A program made the position numbers and the translations under genes. DNA of 64,000 bases, from the IMG/VR virus record IMGVR_UViG_3300049216_000035, positions 1 through 64,000 of that record. The stretch is one strand, 5' to 3'. Position 1 is the first letter of the stretch; each line of letters starts with the position of its first letter. Below the pieces are notes generated by a model. The model was not told the DNA's origin. It did not search any database and saw nothing but the letters and a program-made list of their open reading frames with translations. Origin of the DNA: a virus. Below, in pieces: positions 8,403 to 19,300 of the stretch.

Positions 8403-10022
8403 TTATACGCGATCAAAGCGACGGTAGTTAGCAACCCGAGTCTGGAAACTAGAGCCAATCGTTATGGCTTTGGGGCCACCGCCCTTGAACTGGGACATCG
8501 CGATGGCACTGTAGCTGTTGGCATGAGCATAGTGGTCCGCCCCCAGCTTCTTCCAAATCGCCTTCTGAAGTCCAGTATCTTCGTCCGTGTCGATGACCTT
8601 CGCCATCGCGACAACCTGCTCGATAAACTCTTTGCGGGTGTCGTCTGGCATGCGCGGCAGGATCAGATCGCGGCGCGTAATCTCTTCGTACATGGCATCG
8701 AGCGATTCCGTTCGATTGACGTTAACCGCCCAGTCCTTGAACTCGTCCTGAGTGTTCTCACCCGGCCGAATCCACTTGTACGAGCCCTTCTGTGTGTCAA
8801 CATAGTAGCACAAGTAGACACGGCCACCGAACCGCTTCGCAAAGTCACGGGCTGAGTGCTGATTCGGCAGGCCGTCGATCACGCATATATTCACATCATA
8901 TTCGCGCATGTAGCGATCTAGCTCGAAGAACGTCGCCACCTTGCCGACAAACAGAACGCGCGGTCGGCCAGTGATCTTATCGTTCTGGCGGATGACGATG
9001 TGCAATTCTGATCCACGTTGGTCAACGCCCATGTAGCTGCGCTCGCCCTGGATCATCGCCATGTCTGTGCCTTGATCCATGCACGATTCAACCATGTCTG
9101 CCGTGACGCGCATGTCGCTCGAAATCCACGGAATACCGAGGTCCGAACGCATGAACTCTTCACGACCGCGACCGCTCTCGTACTTGTAGAGCATTTCCGA
9201 TAGATCGGCGACGCCGCCATACAGCCCGCAAAGGTGATAGCCGCGAACGCGCTCAGTCTTCTTTTCTGGTTTCCAGAAGCCGTAGCATTTGTCGAGTTCG
9301 CTATCGCACTTGCGACATACGAGGATCGCCTTCGTCTCGCTGATACGCTTGATAATGTCGGGGAATTGAAACTCGCAGATGTTGTGCGTCTCGCACTTCT
9401 TGCACACGAGATTCCAATAGCGTTTATCCGACAGACCGAACTCGTAGTCGATCCCATAACCATCGAACGTCGGCGTCGATAGCATATACTTCCACTTCAG
9501 ACTGGAGTGGAGCAGCCGCTTCTCGGCGAGTTCTTTCTGATCGGGTGTGACTTCATCGAGTTCGTCAAAGACGAGCATGTCGCCAGGAACAGACTTCAAG
9601 CGAATGTTCGAACGCATGCCTCGGAAATACAAAAAGCCGCGCCCAATCTGACGCAAGCCTACGGAGTCAACATCCTTCGAACCCACGAGTCCTGAAATGT
9701 AGGGACTGTCTTTGATGATCGGCGCAACGCGAGACTTACTAAATTCTCTCACGTCCTCATCGGTCGGGAAATAGTACAAAACATTTTTCCCTAATTTATC
9801 ACAGACGTATAAGGACTTAATCATCCCCAATACCGAAGCACCCATTTGTGCCGATTTTTCAACCACTTGGTATGGGTGAATGTCAGCGTACATATCAATC
9901 AAATAGGCGTGGTCTTCGAAAGAGAACGGCTTGCCGTCCACCTTCACATATTCCTGGGCATACCCGATAAGTGAGGAGTCTGCAATCGCTTGAGCAATCG
10001 CCAGTTCTTCTTTGCTTGCCAT
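8403..10022 (-). CDS. terL: terminase large subunit (lambda gpA-like)
   Basis: VVEKSAQMGAS (gpA-type Walker A), LVFDELDE Walker B, LSTPT, CxxC pairs, nuclease MGVDQ and DHYAHA; ATG at 10022 coupled to the upstream stop. Confidence 0.92.
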   Translation of the reverse strand: MASKEELAIAQAIADSSLIGYAQEYVKVDGKPFSFEDHAYLIDMYADIHPYQVVEKSAQMGASVLGMIKSLYVCDKLGKNVLYYFPTDEDVREFSKSRVAPIIKDSPYISGLVGSKDVDSVGLRQIGRGFLYFRGMRSNIRLKSVPGDMLVFDELDEVTPDQKELAEKRLLHSSLKWKYMLSTPTFDGYGIDYEFGLSDKRYWNLVCKKCETHNICEFQFPDIIKRISETKAILVCRKCDSELDKCYGFWKPEKKTERVRGYHLCGLYGGVADLSEMLYKYESGRGREEFMRSDLGIPWISSDMRVTADMVESCMDQGTDMAMIQGERSYMGVDQRGSELHIVIRQNDKITGRPRVLFVGKVATFFELDRYMREYDVNICVIDGLPNQHSARDFAKRFGGRVYLCYYVDTQKGSYKWIRPGENTQDEFKDWAVNVNRTESLDAMYEEITRRDLILPRMPDDTRKEFIEQVVAMAKVIDTDEDTGLQKAIWKKLGADHYAHANSYSAIAMSQFKGGGPKAITIGSSFQTRVANYRRFDRV

Positions 10023-10432
10023 TAAGCTGCCACCGATTTTCGCGTTGCGAGATAATAGAACGCAGCCGCAACTATAGCGCGACGATCCTTGAACATACCC
10101 AGTCCCGCGTTGCAGTTGAAACATAGCATGCCACGAACCTGACCTGTCTCGTGATCGTGGTCAACGAGTAGCTTCTGGCCTTCTTCGGGAACCATCGCAC
10201 AGATGTTGCACTTTGAATGATCGAGTGAGAGGTATTGTTCGCGCGTTAAGCCGTACTTGCGCTTGACGTGTCCCCAAAAGTCAAGTTCTTTCTTACAAAG
10301 CCCGCAAGTGTTCCAGGTATATCGACCAAAAAGTGCTTCGTCCACATACGCTTCACAACGCGAACACCACCGCAAGCCATCGTGCGGTGGTTTACGTTCT
10401 GATATAGGTGGACGACCTATCTTAGTCGCCAC
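10022..10432 (-). CDS. endonuclease VII-family homing endonuclease
   Basis: CNIC...LLVDHDHETGQVRGMLCFNCNAGLG; lies between terS and terL. Confidence 0.9.
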   Translation of the reverse strand: MATKIGRPPISERKPPHDGLRWCSRCEAYVDEALFGRYTWNTCGLCKKELDFWGHVKRKYGLTREQYLSLDHSKCNICAMVPEEGQKLLVDHDHETGQVRGMLCFNCNAGLGMFKDRRAIVAAAFYYLATRKSVAA

Positions 10433-11015
10433 TAGGCAACGCCTTCACTTCTGCCTCTTCAACGACCGTAACACGCTTAGGTGGCGTATATGCGCCGAAG
10501 GTTCGACGCGCAGCTTCCACTGCAATTTCAACGAGATCAGTCTTGCTAAGTGATTCAGCGACGGGAGACTTGCGTTCGATGACTTCGCGTCGTTCCGTAG
10601 GATCGCCGACAATCAGCCGTTCAATCTTGATAGCTTCGTTGAAGTCCTTGAGGTCTGGGTCGATGGCGCGGGCGCGTTGTGCGTCGGTCAGATCGGGGTT
10701 GTTTGGATCAATGTTCAGGCGCTCGATAAAACGACGCTGCACCTTATGCAACGCCTCGATCTGCTCCTGAACCATGCTTTCGATCACGGGCTGCATGCGC
10801 TCCGTGACCTCTTCGACTACCTTATCGTTGACCTGCTCTGCGAGCTTCGGCCAACCGAATTGGGCCGACCAGCGTTGAATCTGACGGATCGTGATGTGCT
10901 TGTACTTCTCGTCCTCTTGAAGCAAAGCATGGAGCGCGTTAGCCGAACGGCCTTCTCCCATCGTCGCATACTGTTGGAAAACAGCCTGCTGTTCGGGAGT
11001 CATTTTCCCGGCCAC
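10422..11015 (-). CDS. terS: terminase small subunit (putative)
   Basis: Upstream of terL; FQQYATMGEGRS...WSAQFGW HTH followed by a coiled coil and IERLIVGDPTE. Confidence 0.7.
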   Translation of the reverse strand: MAGKMTPEQQAVFQQYATMGEGRSANALHALLQEDEKYKHITIRQIQRWSAQFGWPKLAEQVNDKVVEEVTERMQPVIESMVQEQIEALHKVQRRFIERLNIDPNNPDLTDAQRARAIDPDLKDFNEAIKIERLIVGDPTERREVIERKSPVAESLSKTDLVEIAVEAARRTFGAYTPPKRVTVVEEAEVKALPSGD

Positions 11016-11338
11016 TAGGTGTTGTTCGATCTACCAGCCAGCCGCTGCTGCGCGAATGGTTTGACGGCGGGGTGCGTGACGTGCGGTAAACACTCTTGAC
11101 CATACGAACCAAGGCCGCGATTCGGGTGCGCCTCAATGAACGCGATCATCTTGCGAATGTCTTCGGCGAAATCGGGCTCGACGTTCTCGGCAAGCGTATA
11201 CAACGCAGCAAGATCAGCCGGATTCTTCGCCGGGCTGAGTACGATGGCGGGACCACATTCTACCGAATTAGAATCGTGATGATCCACGATACTGTACCGC
11301 TTCGTAAGGCGCTTAAAGCGTGGTTTGTCTGGGCTCAC
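11015..11338 (-). CDS. hypothetical protein
   Basis: 107-aa ORF coupled to terS. Confidence 0.55.
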   Translation of the reverse strand: MSPDKPRFKRLTKRYSIVDHHDSNSVECGPAIVLSPAKNPADLAALYTLAENVEPDFAEDIRKMIAFIEAHPNRGLGSYGQECLPHVTHPAVKPFAQQRLAGRSNNT

Positions 11339-11498
11339 AATGGCATCCTTTGTTGTCCCGGCAGTTCTTCGCGGGGCTTGTATTTCCGAAAGATTCGTTC
11401 GGCGTTCGAAATTATATCAATAGCCGCGTTACGCGACGCGACCTTAATTGTCACCGTGTATTCGGGATCGTCGCTGCCGTCTGTCAGTTCGAATAGTC

Positions 11499-12101
11499 TC
11501 AACAACTTGTGGCTCGAACGGAAACTCCCGCTCCCTCACTGTACGAAGCTGCCGTTGCGTTAGCACCGGATACTCTTGCGACTTCTCTTGCTCCGCGTTC
11601 GTGTCCAGATAGAGGTCGGCCACGCTTTGGAGTAGGTGAAAGTAGTCCACGTTTCTTAAGTGCGCTCCGCATCTGGTAGACGGCTGGAACGGATCGCCCG
11701 AGCTTCTTGGCTACGTCGGTCGCCTTCTCGGCGTGACTGTCGATCAGCGTGTCTATCTCGGCGCGACTCCACGGCACGTTCGACGGAAGCTTTTGCGTCT
11801 GGAGATAGACGAGCAGACGACGTAGACCTGCCCGAAGTAACTCGTACAGGGAGTTCGAGGTGATGCCCATCGCGATGGCCGTGTCGGCTGCGGAGCGTTC
11901 GTCCAGTAGGTTTAATCGGATTGCTTCTCTTTGGCGCGGAGTCAGTACCCGTTCATCATCGAGTATCTGTCCGAGGTCGAACAGCGTCACCGCCGCATCT
12001 ACGTCATCCGCACTGGATGCGAGCAGGCTGCGGTAGTTGCGGAGTACCTTGCGAAGTGCGGCGGTACTCTCACGCCAAGTATAGCGCGGAACGTCTGTCA
12101 A
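11499..12101 (-). CDS. sigma70 region-4-like HTH transcription regulator (two HTHs)
   Basis: LTPRQREAIRL...AADTAIAMGITSNSL and a second HTH ATDVAKKLGRSVPAVY; precedes the packaging genes. Confidence 0.7.
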   Translation of the reverse strand: MTDVPRYTWRESTAALRKVLRNYRSLLASSADDVDAAVTLFDLGQILDDERVLTPRQREAIRLNLLDERSAADTAIAMGITSNSLYELLRAGLRRLLVYLQTQKLPSNVPWSRAEIDTLIDSHAEKATDVAKKLGRSVPAVYQMRSALKKRGLLSPTPKRGRPLSGHERGAREVARVSGANATAASYSEGAGVSVRATSC

Positions 12102-12454
12102 GTGTTAGTCCTCTCACGGTGCATGAGAGCGTACAAGTCGCGATCCTCGATCACATAGTAGACGCGGTTGGAGTTGTTGCCAAACCGTATCGAAAGAAGT
12201 GAACGCAATCCCCCGAGCATGGCTTCCGTTTGTACTTTACGGAGCCAACGATGCGGGATCGTGATCTGATCCTTGGCTGTGGTCTTGCACTCGACAAGCC
12301 ATTCAGAACGAACGCGAACGTCGCCCGGTGATCCTGGCTGGTTGCCGGAGCCGGGTGTCATCGTCACCTCGTCCTCGCCGTATACTTGAGCCAGGGCTGC
12401 CTGAACGGAGGACTCGTGACTTCTGCTACTCTTCTGGTTTGGCGTCTTAGGCAA
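12098..12454 (-). CDS. PD-(D/E)xK Holliday junction resolvase-like nuclease
   Basis: HE..V...TPGSG...GDV...LVECKTT; TTG start inferred. Confidence 0.75.
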   Translation of the reverse strand: MPKTPNQKSSRSHESSVQAALAQVYGEDEVTMTPGSGNQPGSPGDVRVRSEWLVECKTTAKDQITIPHRWLRKVQTEAMLGGLRSLLSIRFGNNSNRVYYVIEDRDLYALMHRERTNT

Positions 12455-12929
12455 CAGCTTGCCCTCGAACGGCTGCGGGGTGTATGCGAGCGCCTTGCCG
12501 TGAATTGCACGATTTGCACTGACCGACAATGTTTGAAGCATCGTGTTCACCGCCCCGCGACAGTGGTACAAGATGCCCAACAGTCAGGCGGCAGAACACC
12601 CCACAATCGAAGCAACGACTAGCCTGCGCCGCAACGATAGTCCGCCACTGGGTCGCCGTAAACGATCCAGATGCACCGTGTTCTCGCGCTCGGCGAGTTA
12701 AGGCATACTGCCGACGTTTAATCGGGTCTTTGACAACCGATGCTTCGTACTTCCGAGTATGTGCGCGAATCCGGTCGGGGTGTTCCTTTTGCCACTTCTC
12801 GACAAGTGCCCCGCGGCAAGACTTACACTGTCTGCGGTGGTGGTAGTATGTCACGCCCGCTTTGATCGACTTGACGATTTGAAAGTCTGATAACGACCTT
12901 TCTACGCCGCACAGCTTACACTGCCTCAT
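12447..12929 (-). CDS. HNH homing endonuclease
   Basis: CFDCG...TVGHLVPLSRGGEHDASNIVGQCKSCNS with an N-terminal CxxC. Confidence 0.88.
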   Translation of the reverse strand: MRQCKLCGVERSLSDFQIVKSIKAGVTYYHHRRQCKSCRGALVEKWQKEHPDRIRAHTRKYEASVVKDPIKRRQYALTRRAREHGASGSFTATQWRTIVAAQASRCFDCGVFCRLTVGHLVPLSRGGEHDASNIVGQCKSCNSRQGARIHPAAVRGQAVA

Positions 12930-14007
12930 CGGACTCTTCCTCATCGTCTTCACTTCGGTTTAAGTCCATCATGCGAGTCAGTTCAGCCCGCGTCTTCGCG
13001 TCGATCTCTTCGAACAGAGCCTCGTCCTCAAGCAAAGCGGCCTTGAGTTTCTCCTGACCCTGCCACTTCTGATCGCCGTAGACATACCATGCGCCCGTTC
13101 GTTCGACAACGCGAGCGTATGCGGACAACTGAGCTAGTTCGGCGTAGCGATCCAGTCCAACGATTTCACCAAGGTTGTAGACATCGAACTGAGCGGATCG
13201 ACCTTGCGTCGCGTTCGCTTTGTTCTTCTTGACCGTGACCTTGGTGACGTGACCGACTTCGATGCCTTTCAATTCCAGTTCTTCGGCATCGCCCTTGTAT
13301 AGCTCACCCTTACGAACTTCGACACGGGTCGTGGCGTAGTAAGCCAGAGCGCGGCCACCCGTCTGCTTATCCTGTGGCGGCATGCCGTTGAATACGCGAA
13401 CGCCGATGTTGTCTCGACCCTGGCTGACGAAGAAGACGGTTGGCTGAACTTCGTTACGCGCGATCAAGCCGATGAGAATCCGCAGACCCTCTGACATGGC
13501 TTTCGCCGTCAGCATCGGTGCGCTTGCCTCTTGGCCTTTCTCCATCTTCTTGTCGAACTCGTCGCGCGTGACCATCGCGCCCGTCGAGTCGAAACACATG
13601 CAGGCATACTCGTCGCTCGACGTGAGGATCGCTTTCGCCATGTCGAAGGCTGGATCGAGTAGCAGCATCGGCTTGAAGTTGTCGTGGGTGATAACGTCTA
13701 GCATCTCAAGGTTTCCCCCAAGAGCTTCGAATCGCTTCGTGTCGTAAGTCCCTTCGAAGTCGAAGATCAGAGAGCGTTTACCTTCGCGCTTCTGGGCTTC
13801 AACTGCGGCGAGGTCAAACAAGAGAGTCTTGCCGCTGCCCTCTTTTCCAAAGAGTTGCACAATGCCGCGCTTAGGCCAGCCGCCTCCAAGTGCAACGTCG
13901 AGTGCAATCGATCCTGAACTGCGGTACTCACGCGGCGCAAGAGTTGACGCGGGGACGAGAACACCTTTACCGAACTGCTTCTCAAAGTCTTTCTGCCAGT
14001 CACTCAT
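12916..14007 (-). CDS. recA: RecA-like recombinase
   Basis: SGSIALDVALGGGWPK, GKEGSGKT, FDFEG, TGGRALAY, GAWY. Confidence 0.93.
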   Translation of the reverse strand: MSDWQKDFEKQFGKGVLVPASTLAPREYRSSGSIALDVALGGGWPKRGIVQLFGKEGSGKTLLFDLAAVEAQKREGKRSLIFDFEGTYDTKRFEALGGNLEMLDVITHDNFKPMLLLDPAFDMAKAILTSSDEYACMCFDSTGAMVTRDEFDKKMEKGQEASAPMLTAKAMSEGLRILIGLIARNEVQPTVFFVSQGRDNIGVRVFNGMPPQDKQTGGRALAYYATTRVEVRKGELYKGDAEELELKGIEVGHVTKVTVKKNKANATQGRSAQFDVYNLGEIVGLDRYAELAQLSAYARVVERTGAWYVYGDQKWQGQEKLKAALLEDEALFEEIDAKTRAELTRMMDLNRSEDDEEESDEAV

Positions 14008-14146
14008 CTTCCGCCTCGAAGCCATCGCAATCGCAAAAGCCAATAGAGTTAGAGACATTAGGATGCCCCCAGCCCATGCATGGCCATGCCTCGCAAATCA
14101 GATGATCGGCCCTAGTGTGAGCGCAGTGTTTGCATCGGTCGTTCAT
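14000..14146 (-). CDS. small Cys/His-rich protein (48 aa)
   Basis: Read manually: MNDRCKHCAHTRADH...CDCDGF; overlaps both neighbours in coupled fashion. Confidence 0.55.
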   Translation of the reverse strand: MNDRCKHCAHTRADHLICEAWPCMGWGHPNVSNSIGFCDCDGFEAEDE

Positions 14147-14658
14147 CGCTTTTTCTGTTCCATTCCGAAGATGTGTTTCTCAGTATCCCGCGCCGACATG
14201 ATCTTCTTGACGCCTTCATACAGCGCGGTCGCATGTTCGGTCTTGGCTTTCAATTTCTGATACACAGACTTAGCGATGTTGACAACGGACGACTCAGCCG
14301 CAAGTTGTAGCTCTGCGCGAGCGCGGCGTTCTTGCGCGTTGCGACCGTCCGCTTCGAGCAGCTTCTCAGCGAACATGATGTCGAGCGCAGCCTTCGCGAC
14401 CTCAGCCTCTAACGCACTTCGAGAGATGCCATCGCTAAGTCGGTAAAGAAGGACTGGTAGTCGTACCACCATCCGTTGAAGTTCAAAGTCCGACCAACTT
14501 TCACGACTCTCGTTGAGGTATTCATCCACGCGAGCCACGAAGTCATCAAGGTCTTTGGTGAACTGCCTCGCGACTCTATCGGCCAAGTCCGTCGCAACAG
14601 AAGCGGTCTTAACAATAGACTCGTAAGTAGACATAAGACGAACGTCTTCATTCACCAC
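14143..14658 (-). CDS. helical protein, possible recombination mediator
   Basis: Coiled-coil-like ORF between the nucleases and recA; function inferred from position only. Confidence 0.5.
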   Translation of the reverse strand: MVNEDVRLMSTYESIVKTASVATDLADRVARQFTKDLDDFVARVDEYLNESRESWSDFELQRMVVRLPVLLYRLSDGISRSALEAEVAKAALDIMFAEKLLEADGRNAQERRARAELQLAAESSVVNIAKSVYQKLKAKTEHATALYEGVKKIMSARDTEKHIFGMEQKKR

Positions 14659-15022
14659 TTGGCACCTTCAGCGCGTCCATGACGCCTTCGATCTGGAGTA
14701 GCTTGTTCCACAGCCCGCCATCGACCGTGACAAGCCAGCCATGATCGTGCTTCTTCTTGGTGTAGAGGATCGCGTGACGCTTCTTGTGCTTCACGGCGTC
14801 TGCGACGGCATCGGCGAACAGTGTGTGGTGCGCGAACGATGCGCGCAGTTTGCACTCGACCAGAACATCGAGCCCTTGAGGAATGATAACATCCCCACCA
14901 CGCGGGGAGCCGTCGTCTTGCCGACTATTCGCACCGGACAGTGGGTTGCGCTTCGAAGCCCAATCCTGCGCTGCGACTCTGCGCTCGAAACCAGTCCAAC
15001 AGCTTTTACTCGTCTTAGCCAT
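14648..15022 (-). CDS. second PD-(D/E)xK resolvase-like nuclease
   Basis: WTGFERRVA...GGDV...LVECKLR. Confidence 0.7.
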   Translation of the reverse strand: MAKTSKSCWTGFERRVAAQDWASKRNPLSGANSRQDDGSPRGGDVIIPQGLDVLVECKLRASFAHHTLFADAVADAVKHKKRHAILYTKKKHDHGWLVTVDGGLWNKLLQIEGVMDALKVPSGE

Positions 15023-15815
15023 GAATCGCTTTACAGGCTTTCTGCCACGGGCAGTACATGCACCAATCAGTATTCAAAGGCAGCGTGGGTTCGATGCCGT
15101 CCCAAAGCTCCAGCCTGTCGTAGTTCTCACGAAGTTGGTGCAGCTTCGCGTCCTCGAACGGGCGGTCGTAAATCTTTAGCTCGTGGGTGTTCTTATTCTC
15201 GTACAGGATGCAGTAGCGAGTCGGCTGGGTGTACTCAGATAGCCCCGTCATCAAGAGTTTATAGGCATGCACCTGATCGATGTATGCCTGCTGTGGCCCG
15301 AGAAGCTGCTCCCAGTACCGCGCCTTGATGGTCTTGAAATCCAGAATGATCGGCGCGCGATCTAGGATCGGAACGCGGATGATGCGGTCTGGACTACCGC
15401 CAAGTTGCAGTTTCAGATTTGAGAACCGAACTTCGGCTGCGATTGTCTCGACCAGCCCCAGATCGTGCAGCGCGTCGAAGACCATGTGCCACCGAACGCC
15501 AATGAACGTGCCCGTGGAAAGGGCGCGCTGCTGCGCGGGCTTACGGTTGACGACATCCGTCTCCGGCCAGTCACGGGCTTTGAACGCCTGCTGTTGCAAG
15601 CACTTCCCCGCCGAGCTTGCACGATACGGCTGACGTGTGATCCCGTCCGGCTTTGTGAAGTACAGCTTGACCTTATCGAGATGGTCGGCAACGTAGTCGT
15701 CCAGTCGATCTGGGTCGGCCATGTAATCATCAATGACTTTGACGAGATACGCGCTCACGTCTTCTTGCGCGCGATCCTGGCGTTTGAACTCTTTCGCGAA
15801 ATCAGCTAATTTCAT
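15015..15815 (-). CDS. Cas4-like PD-(D/E)xK exonuclease
   Basis: RASSAGKC, GSPD, ILDFKT, QVHAY and C-terminal CMYCPWQKAC Fe-S-type cysteines. Confidence 0.82.
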   Translation of the reverse strand: MKLADFAKEFKRQDRAQEDVSAYLVKVIDDYMADPDRLDDYVADHLDKVKLYFTKPDGITRQPYRASSAGKCLQQQAFKARDWPETDVVNRKPAQQRALSTGTFIGVRWHMVFDALHDLGLVETIAAEVRFSNLKLQLGGSPDRIIRVPILDRAPIILDFKTIKARYWEQLLGPQQAYIDQVHAYKLLMTGLSEYTQPTRYCILYENKNTHELKIYDRPFEDAKLHQLRENYDRLELWDGIEPTLPLNTDWCMYCPWQKACKAIHG

Positions 15816-16059
15816 TGAACCCGCGTATGCCTAGATCGTGCGTCGCCTGGGCTGCGAGTATGGCTACGGCCACGCTCTCAAAGCCACTATCGATCCACTT
15901 TAGGAAGTTGACGTAGAATCGCCAAAAGAAGTACGGATACTCAGTCCCACAGAACACCTTGGGGATCGGTTCCCCCGCTTCAACACGCGCAAGCAGTCCA
16001 CGAATACGCAGACAGGTTGGGTCGTTGTCGGGGGGATAGAGTATCGCCTCCAGTGCCAT
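15802..16059 (-). CDS. hypothetical protein
   Basis: Coupled small ORF starting MALEAILY. Confidence 0.5.
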   Translation of the reverse strand: MALEAILYPPDNDPTCLRIRGLLARVEAGEPIPKVFCGTEYPYFFWRFYVNFLKWIDSGFESVAVAILAAQATHDLGIRGFNEIS

Positions 16060-16325
16060 TAGGACTGCTGAATCTCTTTCGCCACCTTCAGCATGTCGTA
16101 GGTGAACTGGAAAAAGCACTCCTGGCAGCAGTTAAGCTCCACGCGCGCTTTGACAGGCACCTTGGCAATCGAGCCGCCGACATCAGCGTCGCCAATAGTC
16201 GTCTTCTCAAAGGTGATATGCACGAACTTCTCGCTCGCTTCGTGCGAGGGGTCTAGTTCGCAAGGGCGGACGAGTCCACCCGGAGTCTTAAAGGGCTCTG
16301 CCCGGAAGAGGTCACGCAGCTTCAT
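16059..16325 (-). CDS. hypothetical protein (Cys-containing)
   Basis: Coupled small ORF starting MKLRDLF. Confidence 0.5.
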   Translation of the reverse strand: MKLRDLFRAEPFKTPGGLVRPCELDPSHEASEKFVHITFEKTTIGDADVGGSIAKVPVKARVELNCCQECFFQFTYDMLKVAKEIQQS

Positions 16326-19300
16326 CGTCTTCCCAATCGTCGTCAGTAATCTTGTCGCCCCATCGTGTGAGAACGTCCACCGACACCTTGATCGGTACGC
16401 GGAGGGGCACCGCATTTGACATTATACCAGCTAGAACATCCAAAGTGTGTCGGTTCTTTTGAAGCCACGCGAGCGGTACTTCAAATACGAGTTCGTCGTG
16501 GATTGATAGCAAGAACTGGAACGGCCAATGCTCGTCCTTGATCTTGTTGTTGACCTTGATCGCCGCGACCTTAATCATGTCGGCGCTCGAATTGTGCGTT
16601 ACAAAGCCATTTACGCAGAATTGACCCGTCTCGCTGTTTACAACATCAAACATTTCAACATCGAAACCAGTGGTTTTAACCGAACGTACAATCTCAGAAC
16701 GGCCGTAAATTGACGAGATGCGCGAAGGTACTACGGCTGCAAGTAATTCAGCTTTTCGCCGTGACTCGAACCCGATTATATCCTGAAACAAATGTGCATC
16801 TCCGGCCATGACGCTAACTTTGGTTGAATCAGTGTTAAACGCGAGCCGTGAACGTATTCCAAAGAATCTGAGCGCCCTCTGAACTTCACGCGCCCATGCT
16901 AGTTTCTCTCGCCCTTTACCGAAAGTTAAAGTCGGAGACTTGCCTTGCAGCCCACCGTCTCCATCAAATAAACCACGCAAATAGCTTCGAAGAAGCACAC
17001 TGTCAGACCAAACCACGTCGGGGATTCTGTACTTCAAGTCCATCTTTATGGCTTGTTCACCGAGAGTTTTAGAACTCAGGTGATAGCGAAAAAGTTTCTT
17101 GTAGGGTTTACCATGCTTCGTTAATCCGCGCCCAGAATGGCGTTCGTCCACACTAACCGAACCAAGTAGCGCAAGTCCCCTGTCGATAAGCCTGCCGGAT
17201 ATATCGGCCTCGTGCTCGGCCACAAGCACCGTAACACCGACGCTAGAAACGCTACCATCACTCGCGATACGCCCCAGCAAAAAGCCAAGATCAGCACGAT
17301 CTTCAATGTTGGCAAATGATGCTACATGGGCGTTGGCACAATTAGATGTGAAAGTTCGTGGAAACTTTAGATCGTCCGCGCGCCAGATCGGCTGGGTGTC
17401 AGACGCGACGCAATACATTTGGCCGTTAAGGTCTTCAGCACGAACCCAAGATTCGTTACCTTTCGTGTTGCGAACCAAAAATATATGATCGGGGCTGCAC
17501 AATATCTCATGTCTCCCGCCGATATTTACACGAAGCTGACGTTTCTTACCACTTGGTAATACGCTTGCGCTTACGAACTTAGCACCGTCCCAAATTGAAA
17601 CAGCTTGATTGACGACTGTCTCGATAGGTACAATGCCTCGATCTTCAAGCAGCACAAGGCTATCGCCGCTTAAGCACCCTTGGATCGGCGAGTTCACGGC
17701 TTGGCGCTCGGCCATCGAGGCGAACTTGCGATCCGGGTTGTTAATCGGCTTATGCAGCCGACGCTTGCGGCCGAGGATCGTCTCGACATATCCCTGCTGG
17801 TGTGCGAGCAGCTTCGATCCGTCGATCCACGCCTTCACGCGAGGATAGGCTTTGAAATACGCTTTGACGGCGGCTTGCGAACTGACTTCGGTCAAGAAGC
17901 CTTCGGTTGCGCCTAGCTCCTGAAGCCGGATGTTCACGGTGTCCATCAGCTTCGGCGCACCGATGCCGTAAGGGATACCGAAGTTGACGTTCTTGGCCGT
18001 AATACGAGGTGGCATGTCCTTGTCAGCTTCGAGGGCTGCAAGCGATATGCCGAACATGTTGTGGGCGGTCATCGAATGAAAATCTTCACCCGACATAAAG
18101 CCCGCGATCATCGCCTCGTCACCCGATAGGTGCGCGAGGATGCGTAGCTCGATCTGCGAGTAATCGAACGTCACGAGGACCATTCCCGGCGAAGGAACGA
18201 AACCACGCCGGATCACTGGACCGATGGCTTGCTTCGGCAACTGTTGAAGATTAGGCTTACTGCACGATAGCCGCCCGCTCACTGCCCCGATTGGCTTCAA
18301 TGAACAGTAGATGCGGCCGCCTTCTACGAACGTCGGTAACTTGTTCACGAATAGCTTGCGGATCGTATCGTACTTCCGCCAATTCGTGATAAGCGGAATG
18401 ACCGGATGCTCGTCCTTGATCTTCGCCAGCGCCCGCTTGTCGGTGCTGCGGTTGCTAAGGTCTGGGAGGTGAAGCCCATCGAACAGCGCGGATGCGAGTT
18501 GTTGCGGCGATCCGGGGTTTATATCACCGAGAACGTCCGTGACCTTCTTGAGAGCCTTTTGATACTCGTCCTCGATGGTCGGATACATTACGTCCCGATA
18601 GTAATCCCAGTCCCACTGAACGCCTTGCTTCTCGCCTTCGTAGAGAAGCTGGCTGTGCGGCATCTCCACGTCGTACATCAGCGACCACAGCTTCGGCTGC
18701 TGCTTCAGATGCTCGCGCTGAAACTCGGCCAGTGCGAACGTACCTTCCACGTCTTTGCCGAGATATATCGTCGCCATCTTCAGGGGCCAGTTGCCGAACT
18801 TACCGTCTTGCTTGATCTTGTAGTCCGGCCAACCCAGATACAGCGAAAGGTTATCTTCGAGGCCGTGATCGATCAGATTCTCGTCAAGCAACCAGGATGC
18901 AATCACGGCGTCATGCTCGATGCCGCCAATTTCAAGGCCAAAGGTGCGGCGAATCGCATGCTGGTCGAACTTGCCGTTTGCGACGTACTTCTTGATCGTC
19001 TCACTACTGAACACGTCGCCGAGTTCGTCTTGCATGACGCCACGGTCGAAGTTCTGCTCTGCGTAGATCATACCGTTCGGAATGATGTACGCCTCGTTAG
19101 CGACGAATATACCAGTCGCCACCACGCGGAACTCTGGCTTGTACCAGTGAAGCCCTGTCGTTTCCGTGTCAAACGAGAATAGACCAGTATCGCGACACGC
19201 CTGGGCGCACTCGCGAATCTGGTCGATGCTCGTAACGAAATGGAAGTTGTCCGGGACCACGGCTGTACGCTCGCGTTCGCGGAGAGACTTCAGGACCTTG

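Noticed and set aside
15015-15815. Cas4-like gene as part of a CRISPR system
   Set aside because: No repeat-spacer array or other cas genes were seen; it sits in a recombination operon
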